From the NCBI GenBank assembly GCA_046563655.1, contig CM102286.1, positions 9,362,001-9,426,000 on the forward strand: a stretch of DNA of 64,000 nt, given 5' to 3'. Position numbers and translations under genes: made by a program. Under the pieces are notes generated by a model. The model made no database searches. It was not told the origin of the DNA and saw nothing but the letters and a program-made list of their open reading frames with translations. Shown here in pieces: positions 12,101 to 27,100 of this stretch. Position 1 is the first letter of the stretch; each line of letters begins with the position of its first letter. Source of the stretch: Yuukianura sp. NJ FZ-2021 (Eukaryota).

Positions 12101-15100
12101 ACGACCTTTGCATCAAGACCGGCTTGGAATTTAAAAAATCAAACACAAGTTTTTGCTCTGAAATAAATAGTTTCTTCAGCTGACGCTACAGGGGGTGGTG
12201 CATTTCGATGAAGCTTGGTAATTTAGAAAAATTTTTATCGTAATTAGCAACGGATTCTTCAATACCAGACATAGATCAAAAATTTTCAACAGAAATAGTT
12301 GCTCTCAAAACGATGTGATAATTTTTGTTAAATGTGAGGGGGTTGTGGATTGGGATGAAGCTTGAAGGACAGTCCATAAAATATTTAAAAGGTTAGTGAG
12401 AAATTTAACTTTTAATTATTTTTTCTTGTAATTACCAACGACCTTTGCATCAAGACCGGCTTTGAATTTAAAAATCAAACACAAGTTTTTGCTCTGAAAT
12501 AAATAGTTTCTTCAGCTGACGCTACAGGGGTGGCGAATTGCGATGAAGCTTGGCAATTTAGAAGAATTTTTATCGTAATTAGCAACGGGTACTTCAATAT
12601 CGGACGTAGATGAAAAAGTTCAAACAGAAATAGTTGCTCTCAAAACGATGTGATAATTTTTGTTAAATGTGAGGGGGTTGTGGATTGGGATAAAGCTTGA
12701 AGGATAGTCCATAAAATATTTAAAAGGTTAGTGAGAAATTTAAGTTTTAATTATTTTTTCTTGTAATTACCAACGACCTTTGCATCAAGACCGGCTTGGA
12801 ATTTAAAAATCAAACACAAGTTTTTGCTCTGAAATAAAAAGTTTCTTCAGCTGACGCTACAGGGGGTGGTGCATTTCGATGAAGCTTGGTAACTTAGAAA
12901 AATTTTTATCGTAATTAGCAACGGATTCTTCAATACCAGACGGATCAAAAATTTTCAACAGAAATAGTTGCCCTCAAAACGATGTGATAATTTTTGTTAA
13001 ATGTGAGGGGGTTGTGGATTGGGATGAAGCTTGAAGGATAGTCCATAAAATATTTAAAAGGTTAGTGAGAAATTTAAGTTTTAATTATTTTTTCTTGTAA
13101 TTAACAACGACCTTTGCATCAAGACCGGCTTGGAATTTAAAAATCAAACACAAGTTTTTGCTCTGAAATAAATAGTTTCTTCAGCTGACGTTACAGGGGG
13201 TGGCGAATTGCGATGAAGCTTGGCAATTTAGAAGAATTTTTATCGTAATTAGCAACGGGTACTTCAATATCGGACGTAGATGAAATAGTTCAAACAGAAA
13301 TAGTTGCTCTCAAAACGATGTGATAATTTTTGTTAAATGTGAGGGGGTTGTGGATTGGGATGAAGGTTGAAGGATAGTCCATAAAATATTTAAAAGGTTA
13401 GTGAGAAATTTAACTTTTAATTATTTTTTTCTTGTAATTACCAACGACCTTTGCATCAAGACCGGCTTTGAATTTACAAATCAAACACAAGTTTTTGCTC
13501 TGAAATAAATAGTTTCTTCAGCTGACGCTACAGGGGGTGGCGAATTGCGATGAAGCTTGGCAATTTAGAAGAATTTTTATCGTAATTAGCAACGGGTACT
13601 TCAATATCGGACGTAGATGAAAAAGTTCAAACAGAAATAGTTGCTCTCAAAACGATGTGATAATTTTTGTTAAATGTGAGGGGGTTGTGGATTGGGATGA
13701 AGCTTGAAGGATAGTCCATAAAATATTTAAAAGGTTAGTGAGAAATTTCAGTTTTAATTATTTTTTATTGTAATTACCAACGACCTTTGCATCAAGACCG
13801 GCTTGGAATTTAAAAATCAAACACAAGTTTTTGCTCTGAAATAAATAGTTTCTTCAGCTGACGCTACAGGGGGTGGTGCATTTCGATGAAGCTTGGTAAT
13901 TTAGAAAAATTTTTATCGTAATTAGCAACGGATTCTTCAATACCAGACATAGATCAAAAATTTTCAACAGAAATAGTTGCTCTCAAAACGATGTGATAAT
14001 TTTTGTTAAATGTGAGGGGGTTGTGGATTGGGATGAAGCTTGAAGGATAGTCCATAAAATATTTAAAAGGTTAGTGAGAAATTTCAGTTTTAATTATTTT
14101 TTCTTGTAATTACCAACGACCTTTGCATCAAGACCGGCTTGGAATTTAAAAATCACACACAAGTTTTTGCTCTGAAATAAATAGTTTCTTCCGCTGACGC
14201 TACAGTTGGTGGCGAATTGCGATGAAGCTTGGCAATTTAGAAGAATTTTTATCGTAATTAGCAACGGGTACTTCAATATCGGACGTAGATGAAAAAGTTC
14301 AAACAGAAATAGTTGCTCTCAAAACGATGTGATAATTTTTGTTAAATGTGAGGGGGTTGTGGATTGGGATAAAGCTTGAAGGATAGTCCATAAAATATTT
14401 AAAAGGTTAGTGAGAAATTTCAGTTTTAATTATTTTTTCTTGTAATTACCAACGACCTTTGCATCAAGACCGGCTTGGAATTTAAAAATCACACACAAGT
14501 TTTTGCTCTGAAATAAATAGTTTCTTCCGCTGACGCTACAGTTGGTGGCGAATTGCGATGAAGCTTGGCAATTTAGAAGAATTTTTATCGTAATTAGCAA
14601 CGGGTACTTCAATATCGGACGTAGATGAAAAAGTTCAAACAGAAATAGTTGCTCTCAAAACGATGTGATAATTTTTGTTAAATGTGAGGGGGTTGTGGAT
14701 TGGGATGAAGGTTGAAGGATAGTCCATAAAATATTTAAAAGGTTAGTGAGAAATTTAACTTTTAATTATTTTTTTCTTGTAATTACCAACGACCTTTGCA
14801 TCAAGACCGGCTTTGAATTTACAAATCAAACACAAGTTTTTGCTCTGAAATAAATAGTTTCTTCAGCTGACGCTACAGGGGTGGCGAATTGCGATGAAGC
14901 TTGGCAATTTAGAAGAATTTTTATCGTAATTAGCAACGGGTACTTCAATATCGGACGTAGATGAAAAAGTTCAAACAGAAATAGTTGCTCTCAAAACGAT
15001 GTGATAATTTTTGTTAAATGTGAGGGGGTTGTGGATTGGGATGAAGCTTGAAGGATAGTCCATAAAATATTTAAAAGGTTAGTGAGAAATTTCAGTTTTA

Positions 15101-18100
15101 ATTATTTTTTATTGTAATTACCAACGACCTTTGCATCAAGACCGGCTTGGAATTTAAAAATCAAACACAAGTTTTTGCTCTGAAATAAATAGTTTCTTCA
15201 GCTGACGCTACAGGGGGTGGTGCATTTCGATGAAGCTTGGTAATTTAGAAAAATTTTTATCGTAATTAGCAACGGATTCTTCAATACCAGACATAGATCA
15301 AAAATTTTCAACAGAAATAGTTGCTCTCAAAACGATGTGATAATTTTTGTTAAATGTGAGGGGGTTGTGGATTGGGATGAAGCTTGAAGGATAGTCCATA
15401 AAATATTTAAAAGGTTAGTGAGAAATTTCAGTTTTAATTATTTTTTCTTGTAATTACCAACGACCTTTGCATCAAGACCGGCTTGGAATTTAAAAATCAC
15501 ACACAAGTTTTTGCTCTGAAATAAATAGTTTCTTCCGCTGACGCTACAGTTGGTGGCGAATTGCGATGAAGCTTGGCAATTTAGAAGAATTTTTATCGTA
15601 ATTAGCAACGGGTACTTCAATATCGGACGTAGATGAAAAAGTTCAAACAGAAATAGTTGCTCTCAAAACGATGTGATAATTTTTGTTAAATGTGAGGGGG
15701 TTGTGGATTGGGATAAAGCTTGAAGGATAGTCCATAAAATATTTAAAAGGTTAGTGAGAAATTTAAGTTTTAATTATTTTTTCTTGTAATTACCAACGAC
15801 CTTTGCATCAAGACCGGCTTGGAATTTAAAAATCAAACACAAGTTTTTGCTCTGAAATAAAAAGTTTCTTCAGCTGACGCTACAGGGGTGGTGCATTTCG
15901 ATGAAGCTTGGTAACTTAGAAAAATTTTTATCGTAATTAGCAACGGATTCTTCAATACCAGACGGATCAAAAATTTTCAACAGAAATAGTTGCCCTCAAA
16001 ACGATGTGATAATTTTTGTTAAATGTGAGGGGGTTGTGGATTGGGATGAAGCTTGAAGGATAGTCCATAAAATATTTAAAAGGTTAGTGAGAAATTTAAG
16101 TTTTAATTATTTTTTCTTGTAATTAACAACGACCTTTGCATCAAGACCGGCTTGGAATTTAAAAATCAAACACAAGTTTTTGCTCTGAAATAAATAGTTT
16201 CTTCAGCTGACGTTACAGGGGGTGGCGAATTGCGATGAAGCTTGGCAATTTAGAAGAATTTTTATCGTAATTAGCAACGGGTACTTCAATATCGGACGTA
16301 GATGAAATAGTTCAAACAGAAATAGTTGCTCTCAAAACGATGTGATAATTTTTGTTAAATGTGAGGGGTTGTGGATTGGGATGAAGGTTGAAGGATAGTC
16401 CATAAAATATTTAAAAGGTTAGTGAGAAATTTAACTTTTAATTATTTTTTCTTGTAATTACCAACGACCTTTGCATCAAGACCGGCTTTGAATTTACAAA
16501 TCAAACACAAGTTTTTGCTCTGAAATAAATAGTTTCTTCAGCTGACGCTACAGGGGGTGGCGAATTGCGATGAAGCTTGGCAATTTAGAAGAATTTTTAT
16601 CGTAATTAGCAACGGGTACTTCAATATCGGACGTAGATGAAAAAGTTCAAACAGAAATAGTTGCTCTCAAAACGATGTGATAATTTTTGTTAAATGTGAG
16701 GGGGTTGTGGATTGGGATGAAGCTTGAAGGATAGTCCATAAAATATTTAAAAGGTTAGTGAGAAATTTCAGTTTTAATTATTTTTTATTGTAATTACCAA
16801 CGACCTTTGCATCAAGACCGGCTTGGAATTTAAAAATCAAACACAAGTTTTTGCTCTGAAATAAATAGTTTCTTCAGCTGACGCTACAGGGGTGGTGCAT
16901 TTCGATGAAGCTTGGTAATTTAGAAAAATTTTTATCGTAATTAGCAACGGATTCTTCAATACCAGACATAGATCAAAAATTTTCAACAGAAATAGTTGCT
17001 CTCAAAACGATGTGATAATTTTTGTTAAATGTGAGGGGGTTGTGGATTGGGATGAAGCTTGAAGGATAGTCCATAAAATATTTAAAAGGTTAGTGAGAAA
17101 TTTCAGTTTTAATTATTTTTCTTGTAATTACCAACGACCTTTGCATCAAGACCGGCTTGGAATTTAAAAATCACACACAAGTTTTTGCTCTGAAATAAAT
17201 AGTTTCTTCCGCTGACGCTACAGTTGGTGGCGAATTGCGATGAAGCTTGGCAATTTAGAAGAATTTTTATCGTAATTAGCAACGGGTACTTCAATATCGG
17301 ACGTAGATGAAAAAGTTCAAACAGAAATAGTTGCTCTCAAAACGATGTGATAATTTTTGTTAAATGTGAGGGGGTTGTGGATTGGGATAAAGCTTGAAGG
17401 ATAGTCCATAAAATATTTAAAAGGTTAGTGAGAAATTTCAGTTTTAATTATTTTTTCTTGTAATTACCAACGACCTTTGCATCAAGACCGGCTTGGAATT
17501 TAAAAATCACACACAAGTTTTTGCTCTGAAATAAATAGTTTCTTCCGCTGACGCTACAGTTGGTGGCGAATTGCGATGAAGCTTGGCAATTTAGAAGAAT
17601 TTTTATCGTAATTAGCAACGGGTACTTCAATATCGGACGTAGATGAAAAAGTTCAAACAGAAATAGTTGCTCTCAAAACGATGTGATAATTTTTGTTAAA
17701 TGTGAGGGGGTTGTGGATTGGGATAAAGCTTGAAGGATAGTCCATAAAATATTTAAAAGGTTAGTGAGAAATTTCAGTTTTAATTATTTTTTCTTGTAAT
17801 TACCAACGACCTTTGCATCAAGACCGGCTTGGAATTTAAAAATCAAACACAAGTTTTTGCTCTGAAATAAATAGTTTCTTCAGCTGACGCTACAGGGGTG
17901 GTGCATTTCGATGAAGCTTGGTAATTTAGAAAAATTTTTATCGTAATTAGCAACGGATTCTTCAATACCAGACATAGATCAAAAATTTTCAACAGAAATA
18001 GTTGCTCTCAAAACGATGTGATAATTTTTGTTAAATGTGAGGGGGTTGTGGATTGGGATGAAGCTTGAAGGACAGTCCATAAAATATTTAAAAGGTTAGT

Positions 18101-21100
18101 GAGAAATTTCAGTTTTAATTATTTTTTCTTGTAATTACCAACGACCTTTGCATCAAGACCGGCTTGGAATTTAAAAATCACACACAAGTTTTTGCTCTGA
18201 AATAAATAGTTTCTTCCGCTGACGCTACAGGGGGTGGCGAATTGCGATGAAGCTTGGCAATTTAGAAGAATTTTTATCGTAATTAGCAACGGGTACTTCA
18301 ATATCGGACGTAGATGAAAAAGTTCAAACAGAAATAGTTGCTCTCAAAACGATGTGATAATTTTTGTTAAATGTGAGGGGTTGTGGATTGGGATGAAGCT
18401 TGAAGGATAGTCCATAAAATATTTAAAAGGTTAGTGAGAAATTTCAGTTTTAATTATTTTTTTTTGTAATTACCAACGACCTTTGCATCAAGACCGGCTT
18501 GGAATTTAAAAATCAAACACAAGTTTTTGCTCTGAAATAAATAGTTTCTTCAGCTGACGCTACAGGGGGTGGTGCATTTCGATGAAGCTTGGTAATTTAG
18601 AAAAATTTTTATCGTAATTAGCAACGGATTCTTCAATACCAGACATAGATCAAAAATTTTCAACAGAAATAGTTGCTCTCAAAACGATGTGATAATTTTT
18701 GTTAAATGTGAGGGGGTTGTGGATTGGGATGAAGCTTGAAGGACAGTCCATAAAATATTTAAAAGGTTAGTGAGAAATTTAACTTTTAATTATTTTTTCT
18801 TGTAATTACCAACGACCTTTGCATCAAGACCGGCTTTGAATTTAAAAATCAAACACAAGTTTTTGCTCTGAAATAAATAGTTTCTTCAGCTGACGCTACA
18901 GGGGGTGGCGAATTGCGATGAAGCTTGGCAATTTAGAAGAATTTTTATCGTAATTAGCAACGGGTACTTCAATATCGGACGTAGATGAAAAAGTTCAAAC
19001 AGAAATAGTTGCTCTCAAAACGATGTGATAATTTTTGTTAAATGTGAGGGGGTTGTGGATTGGGATAAAGCTTGAAGGATAGTCCATAAAATATTTAAAA
19101 GGTTAGTGAGAAATTTAAGTTTTAATTATTTTTTCTTGTAATTACCAACGACCTTTGCATCAAGACCGGCTTGGAATTTAAAAATCAAACACAAGTTTTT
19201 GCTCTGAAATAAAAAGTTTCTTCAGCTGACGCTACAGGGGTGGTGCATTTCGATGAAGCTTGGTAACTTAGAAAAATTTTTATCGTAATTAGCAACGGAT
19301 TCTTCAATACCAGACGGATCAAAAATTTTCAACAGAAATAGTTGCCCTCAAAACGATGTGATAATTTTTGTTAAATGTGAGGGGGTTGTGGATTGGGATG
19401 AAGCTTGAAGGATAGTCCATAAAATATTTAAAAGGTTAGTGAGAAATTTAAGTTTTAATTATTTTTTCTTGTAATTAACAACGACCTTTGCATCAAGACC
19501 GGCTTGGAATTTAAAAATCAAACACAAGTTTTTGCTCTGAAATAAATAGTTTCTTCAGCTGACGTTACAGGGGGTGGCGAATTGCGATGAAGCTTGGCAA
19601 TTTAGAAGAATTTTTATCGTAATTAGCAACGGGTACTTCAATATCGGACGTAGATGAAATAGTTCAAACAGAAATAGTTGCTCTCAAAACGATGTGATAA
19701 TTTTTGTTAAATGTGAGGGGTTGTGGATTGGGATGAAGGTTGAAGGATAGTCCATAAAATATTTAAAAGGTTAGTGAGAAATTTAACTTTTAATTATTTT
19801 TTTCTTGTAATTACCAACGACCTTTGCATCAAGACCGGCTTTGAATTTACAAATCAAACACAAGTTTTTGCTCTGAAATAAATAGTTTCTTCAGCTGACG
19901 CTACAGGGGGTGGCGAATTGCGATGAAGCTTGGCAATTTAGAAGAATTTTTATCGTAATTAGCAACGGGTACTTCAATATCGGACGTAGATGAAAAAGTT
20001 CAAACAGAAATAGTTGCTCTCAAAACGATGTGATAATTTTTGTTAAATGTGAGGGGGTTGTGGATTGGGATGAAGCTTGAAGGATAGTCCATAAAATATT
20101 TAAAAGGTTAGTGAGAAATTTCAGTTTTAATTATTTTTTATTGTAATTACCAACGACCTTTGCATCAAGACCGGCTTGGAATTTAAAAATCAAACACAAG
20201 TTTTTGCTCTGAAATAAATAGTTTCTTCAGCTGACGCTACAGGGGGTGGTGCATTTCGATGAAGCTTGGTAATTTAGAAAAATTTTTATCGTAATTAGCA
20301 ACGGATTCTTCAATACCAGACATAGATCAAAAATTTTCAACAGAAATAGTTGCTCTCAAAACGATGTGATAATTTTTGTTAAATGTGAGGGGGTTGTGGA
20401 TTGGGATGAAGCTTGAAGGATAGTCCATAAAATATTTAAAAGGTTAGTGAGAAATTTCAGTTTTAATTATTTTTCTTGTAATTACCAACGACCTTTGCAT
20501 CAAGACCGGCTTGGAATTTAAAAATCACACACAAGTTTTTGCTCTGAAATAAATAGTTTCTTCCGCTGACGCTACAGTTGGTGGCGAATTGCGATGAAGC
20601 TTGGCAATTTAGAAGAATTTTTATCGTAATTAGCAACGGGTACTTCAATATCGGACGTAGATGAAAAAGTTCAAACAGAAATAGTTGCTCTCAAAACGAT
20701 GTGATAATTTTTGTTAAATGTGAGGGGGTTGTGGATTGGGATAAAGCTTGAAGGATAGTCCATAAAATATTTAAAAGGTTAGTGAGAAATTTCAGTTTTA
20801 ATTATTTTTTCTTGTAATTACCAACGACCTTTGCATCAAGACCGGCTTGGAATTTAAAAATCACACACAAGTTTTTGCTCTGAAATAAATAGTTTCTTCC
20901 GCTGACGCTACAGTTGGTGGCGAATTGCGATGAAGCTTGGCAATTTAGAAGAATTTTTATCGTAATTAGCAACGGGTACTTCAATATCGGACGTAGATGA
21001 AAAAGTTCAAACAGAAATAGTTGCTCTCAAAACGATGTGATAATTTTTGTTAAATGTGAGGGGGTTGTGGATTGGGATGAAGGTTGAAGGATAGTCCATA

Positions 21101-24100
21101 AAATATTTAAAAGGTTAGTGAGAAATTTAACTTTTAATTATTTTTTCTTGTAATTACCAACGACCTTTGCATCAAGACCGGCTTTGAATTTACAAATCAA
21201 ACACAAGTTTTTGCTCTGAAATAAATAGTTTCTTCAGCTGACGCTACAGGGGTGGCGAATTGCGATGAAGCTTGGCAATTTAGAAGAATTTTTATCGTAA
21301 TTAGCAACGGGTACTTCAATATCGGACGTAGATGAAAAAGTTCAAACAGAAATAGTTGCTCTCAAAACGATGTGATAATTTTTGTTAAATGTGAGGGGGT
21401 TGTGGATTGGGATGAAGCTTGAAGGATAGTCCATAAAATATTTAAAAGGTTAGTGAGAAATTTCAGTTTTAATTATTTTTTATTGTAATTACCAACGACC
21501 TTTGCATCAAGACCGGCTTGGAATTTAAAAATCAAACACAAGTTTTTGCTCTGAAATAAATAGTTTCTTCAGCTGACGCTACAGGGGGTGGTGCATTTCG
21601 ATGAAGCTTGGTAATTTAGAAAAATTTTTATCGTAATTAGCAACGGATTCTTCAATACCAGACATAGATCAAAAATTTTCAACAGAAATAGTTGCTCTCA
21701 AAACGATGTGATAATTTTTGTTAAATGTGAGGGGTTGTGGATTGGGATGAAGCTTGAAGGATAGTCCATAAAATATTTAAAAGGTTAGTGAGAAATTTAA
21801 GTTTTGATTATTTTTTCTTGTAATTACCAACGACCTTTGCATCAAGACCGGCTTGGAATTTAAAAAAATCACACAAGTTTTTGCTCTGAAATAAATAGTT
21901 TCTTCCGCTGACGCTACAGTTGGTGGCGAATTGCGATGAAGCTTGGCAATTTAGAAGAATTTTTATCGTAATTAGCAACGGGTACTTCAATATCGGACGT
22001 AGATGAAAAAGTTCAAACAGAAATAGTTGCTCTCAAAACGATGTGATAATTTTTGTTAAATGTGAGGGGGTTGTGGATTGGGATAAAGCTTGAAGGATAG
22101 TCCATAAAATATTTAAAAGGTTAGTGAGAAATTTCAGTTTTAATTATTTTTTCTTGTAATTACCAACGACCTTTGCATCAAGACCGGCTTGGAATTTAAA
22201 AATCACACACAAGTTTTTGCTCTGAAATAAATAGTTTCTTCCGCTGACGCTACAGTTGGTGGCGAATTGCGATGAAGCTTGGCAATTTAGAAGAATTTTT
22301 ATCGTAATTAGCAACGGGTACTTCAATATCGGACGTAGATGAAAAAGTTCAAACAGAAATAGTTGCTCTCAAAACGATGTGATAATTTTTGTTAAATGTG
22401 AGGGGTTGTGGATTGGGATAAAGCTTGAAGGATAGTCCATAAAATATTTAAAAGGTTAGTGAGAAATTTCAGTTTTAATTATTTTTTCTTGTAATTACCA
22501 ACGACCTTTGCATCAAGACCGGCTTGGAATTTAAAAATCAAACACAAGTTTTTGCTCTGAAATAAATAGTTTCTTCAGCTGACGCTACAGGGGTGGTGCA
22601 TTTCGATGAAGCTTGGTAATTTAGAAAAATTTTTATCGTAATTAGCAAGGGATTCTTCAATACCAGACATAGATCAAAAATTTTCAACAGAAATAGTTGC
22701 TCTCAAAACGATGTGATAATTTTTGTTAAATGTGAGGGGTTGTGGATTGGGATGAAGCTTGAAGGACAGTCCATAAAATATTTAAAAGGTTAGTGAGAAA
22801 TTTCAGTTTTAATTATTTTTTCTTGTAATTACCAACGACCTTTGCATCAAGACCGGCTTGGAATTTAAAAATCACACACAAGTTTTTGCTCTGAAATAAA
22901 TAGTTTCTTCCGCTGACGCTACAGGGGGTGGCGAATTGCGATGAAGCTTGGCAATTTAGAAGAATTTTTATCGTAATTAGCAACGGGTACTTCAATATCG
23001 GACGTAGATGAAAAAGTTCAAACAGAAATAGTTGCTCTCAAAACGATGTGATAATTTTTGTTAAATGTGAGGGGGTTGTGGATTGGGATGAAGCTTGAAG
23101 GATAGTCCATAAAATATTTAAAAGGTTAGTGAGAAATTTCAGTTTTAATTATTTTTTTTTTGTAATTACCAACGACCTTTGCATCAAGACCGGCTTGGAA
23201 TTTAAAAATCAAACACAAGTTTTTGCTCTGAAATAAATAGTTTCTTCCGCTGACGCTACAGGGGGTGGCGAATTGCGATGAAGCTTGGCAATTTAGAAGA
23301 ATTTTTATCGTAATTAGCAACGGGTACTTCAATATCGGACGTAGATGAAAAAGTTCAAACAGAAATAGTTGCTCTCAAAACGATGTGATAATTTTTGTTA
23401 AATGTGAGGGGTTGTGGATTGGGATAAAGCTTGAAGGATAGTCCATAAAATATTTAAAAGGTTAGTGAGAAATTTCAGTTTTAATTATTTTTTCTTGTAA
23501 TTACCAACGACCTTTGCATCAAGACCGGCTTGGAATTTAAAAATCACACACAAGTTTTTGCTCTGAAATAAATAGTTTCTTCCGCTGACGCTACAGTTGG
23601 TGGCGAATTGCGATGAAGCTTGGCAATTTAGAAGAATTTTTATCGTAATTAGCAACGGGTACTTCAATATCGGACGTAGATGAAAAAGTTCAAACAGAAA
23701 TAGTTGCTCTCAAAACGATGTGATAATTTTTGTTAAATGTGAGGGGGTTGTGGATTGGGATAAAGCTTGAAGGATAGTCCATAAAATATTTAAAAGGTTA
23801 GTGAGAAATTTCAGTTTTAATTATTTTTTCTTGTAATTACCAACGACCTTTGCATCAAGACCGGCTTGGAATTTAAAAATCAAACACAAGTTTTTGCTCT
23901 GAAATAAATAGTTTCTTCAGCTGACGCTACAGGGGGTGGTGCATTTCGATGAAGCTTGGTAATTTAGAAAAATTTTTATCGTAATTAGCAACGGATTCTT
24001 CAATACCAGACATAGATCAAAAATTTTCAACAGAAATAGTTGCTCTCAAAACGATGTGATAATTTTTGTTAAATGTGAGGGGTTGTGGATTGGGATGAAG

Positions 24101-27100
24101 CTTGAAGGACAGTCCATAAAATATTTAAAAGGTTAGTGAGAAATTTCAGTTTTAATTATTTTTTCTTGTAATTACCAACGACCTTTGCATCAAGACCGGC
24201 TTGGAATTTAAAAATCACACACAAGTTTTTGCTCTGAAATAAATAGTTTCTTCCGCTGACGCTACAGGGGTGGCGAATTGCGATGAAGCTTGGCAATTTA
24301 GAAGAATTTTTATCGTAATTAGCAACGGGTACTTCAATATCGGACGTAGATGAAAAAGTTCAAACAGAAATAGTTGCTCTCAAAACGATGTGATAATTTT
24401 TGTTAAATGTGAGGGGGTTGTGGATTGGGATGAAGCTTGAAGGATAGTCCATAAAATATTTAAAAGGTTAGTGAGAAATTTCAGTTTTAATTATTTTTTT
24501 TGTAATTACCAACGACCTTTGCATCAAGACCGGCTTGGAATTTAAAAATCAAACACAAGTTTTTGCTCTGAAATAAATAGTTTCTTCAGCTGACGCTACA
24601 GGGGTGGTGCATTTCGATGAAGCTTGGTAATTTAGAAAAATTTTTATCGTAATTAGCAACGGATTCTTCAATACCAGACATAGATCAAAAATTTTCAACA
24701 GAAATAGTTGCTCTCAAAACGATGTGATAATTTTTGTTAAATGTGAGGGGTTGTGGATTGGGATGAAGCTTGAAGGACAGTCCATAAAATATTTAAAAGG
24801 TTAGTGAGAAATTTAACTTTTAATTATTTTTTCTTGTAATTACCAACGACCTTTGCATCAAGACCGGCTTTGAATTTAAAAATCAAACACAAGTTTTTGC
24901 TCTGAAATAAATAGTTTCTTCAGCTGACGCTACAGGGGGTGGCGAATTGCGATGAAGCTTGGCAATTTAGAAGAATTTTTATCGTAATTAGCAACGGGTA
25001 CTTCAATATCGGACGTAGATGAAAAAGTTCAAACAGAAATAGTTGCTCTCAAAACGATGTGATAATTTTTGTTAAATGTGAGGGGGTTGTGGATTGGGAT
25101 AAAGCTTGAAGGATAGTCCATAAAATATTTAAAAGGTTAGTGAGAAATTTCAGTTTTAATTATTTTTTCTTGTAATTACCAACGACCTTTGCATCAAGAC
25201 CGGCTTGGAATTTAAAAATCAAACACAAGTTTTTGCTCTGAAATAAATAGTTTCTTCAGCTGACGCTACAGGGGGTGGTGCATTTCGATGAAGCTTGGTA
25301 ATTTAGAAAAATTTTTATCGTAATTAGCAAGGGATTCTTCAATACCAGACATAGATCAAAAATTTTCAACAGAAATAGTTGCTCTCAAAACGATGTGATA
25401 ATTTTTGTTAAATGTGAGGGGGTTGTGGATTGGGATGAAGCTTGAAGGACAGTCCATAAAATATTTAAAAGGTTAGTGAGAAATTTCAGTTTTAATTATT
25501 TTTTCTTGTAATTACCAACGACCTTTGCATCAAGACCGGCTTGGAATTTAAAAATCACACACAAGTTTTTGCTCTGAAATAAATAGTTTCTTCCGCTGAC
25601 GCTACAGGGGGTGGCGAATTGCGATGAAGCTTGGCAATTTAGAAGAATTTTTATCGTAATTAGCAACGGGTACTTCAATATCGGACGTAGATGAAAAAGT
25701 TCAAACAGAAATAGTTGCTCTCAAAACGATGTGATAATTTTTGTTAAATGTGAGGGGGTTGTGGATTGGGATGAAGCTTGAAGGATAGTCCATAAAATAT
25801 TTAAAAGGTTAGTGAGAAATTTCAGTTTTAATTATTTTTTTTTGTAATTACCAACGACCTTTGCATCAAGACCGGCTTGGAATTTAAAAATCAAACACAA
25901 GTTTTTGCTCTGAAATAAATAGTTTCTTCCGCTGACGCTACAGGGGGTGGCGAATTGCGATGAAGCTTGGCAATTTAGAAGAATTTTTATCGTAATTAGC
26001 AACGGGTACTTCAATATCGGACGTAGATGAAAAAGTTCAAACAGAAATAGTTGCTCTCAAAACGATGTGATAATTTTTGTTAAATGTGAGGGGGTTGTGG
26101 ATTGGGATAAAGCTTGAAGGATAGTCCATAAAATATTTAAAAGGTTAGTGAGAAATTTCAGTTTTAATTATTTTTTCTTGTAATTACCAACGACCTTTGC
26201 ATCAAGACCGGCTTGGAATTTAAAAATCACACACAAGTTTTTGCTCTGAAATAAATAGTTTCTTCCGCTGACGCTACAGTTGGTGGCGAATTGCGATGAA
26301 GCTTGGCAATTTAGAAGAATTTTTATCGTAATTAGCAACGGGTACTTCAATATCGGACGTAGATGAAAAAGTTCAAACAGAAATAGTTGCTCTCAAAACG
26401 ATGTGATAATTTTTGTTAAATGTGAGGGGGTTGTGGATTGGGATAAAGCTTGAAGGATAGTCCATAAAATATTTAAAAGGTTAGTGAGAAATTTCAGTTT
26501 TAATTATTTTTTCTTGTAATTACCAACGACCTTTGCATCAAGACCGGCTTGGAATTTAAAAATCAAACACAAGTTTTTGCTCTGAAATAAATAGTTTCTT
26601 CAGCTGACGCTACAGGGGGTGGTGCATTTCGATGAAGCTTGGTAATTTAGAAAAATTTTTATCGTAATTAGCAACGGATTCTTCAATACCAGACATAGAT
26701 CAAAAATTTTCAACAGAAATAGTTGCTCTCAAAACGATGTGATAATTTTTGTTAAATGTGAGGGGGTTGTGGATTGGGATGAAGCTTGAAGGACAGTCCA
26801 TAAAATATTTAAAAGGTTAGTGAGAAATTTCAGTTTTAATTATTTTTTCTTGTAATTACCAACGACCTTTGCATCAAGACCGGCTTGGAATTTAAAAATC
26901 ACACACAAGTTTTTGCTCTGAAATAAATAGTTTCTTCCGCTGACGCTACAGGGGTGGCGAATTGCGATGAAGTTTGGCAATTTAGAAGAATTTTTATCGT
27001 AATTAGCAACGGGTACTTCAATATCGGACGTAGATGAAAAAGTTCAAACAGAAATAGTTGCTCTCAAAACGATGTGATAATTTTTGTTAAATGTGAGGGG

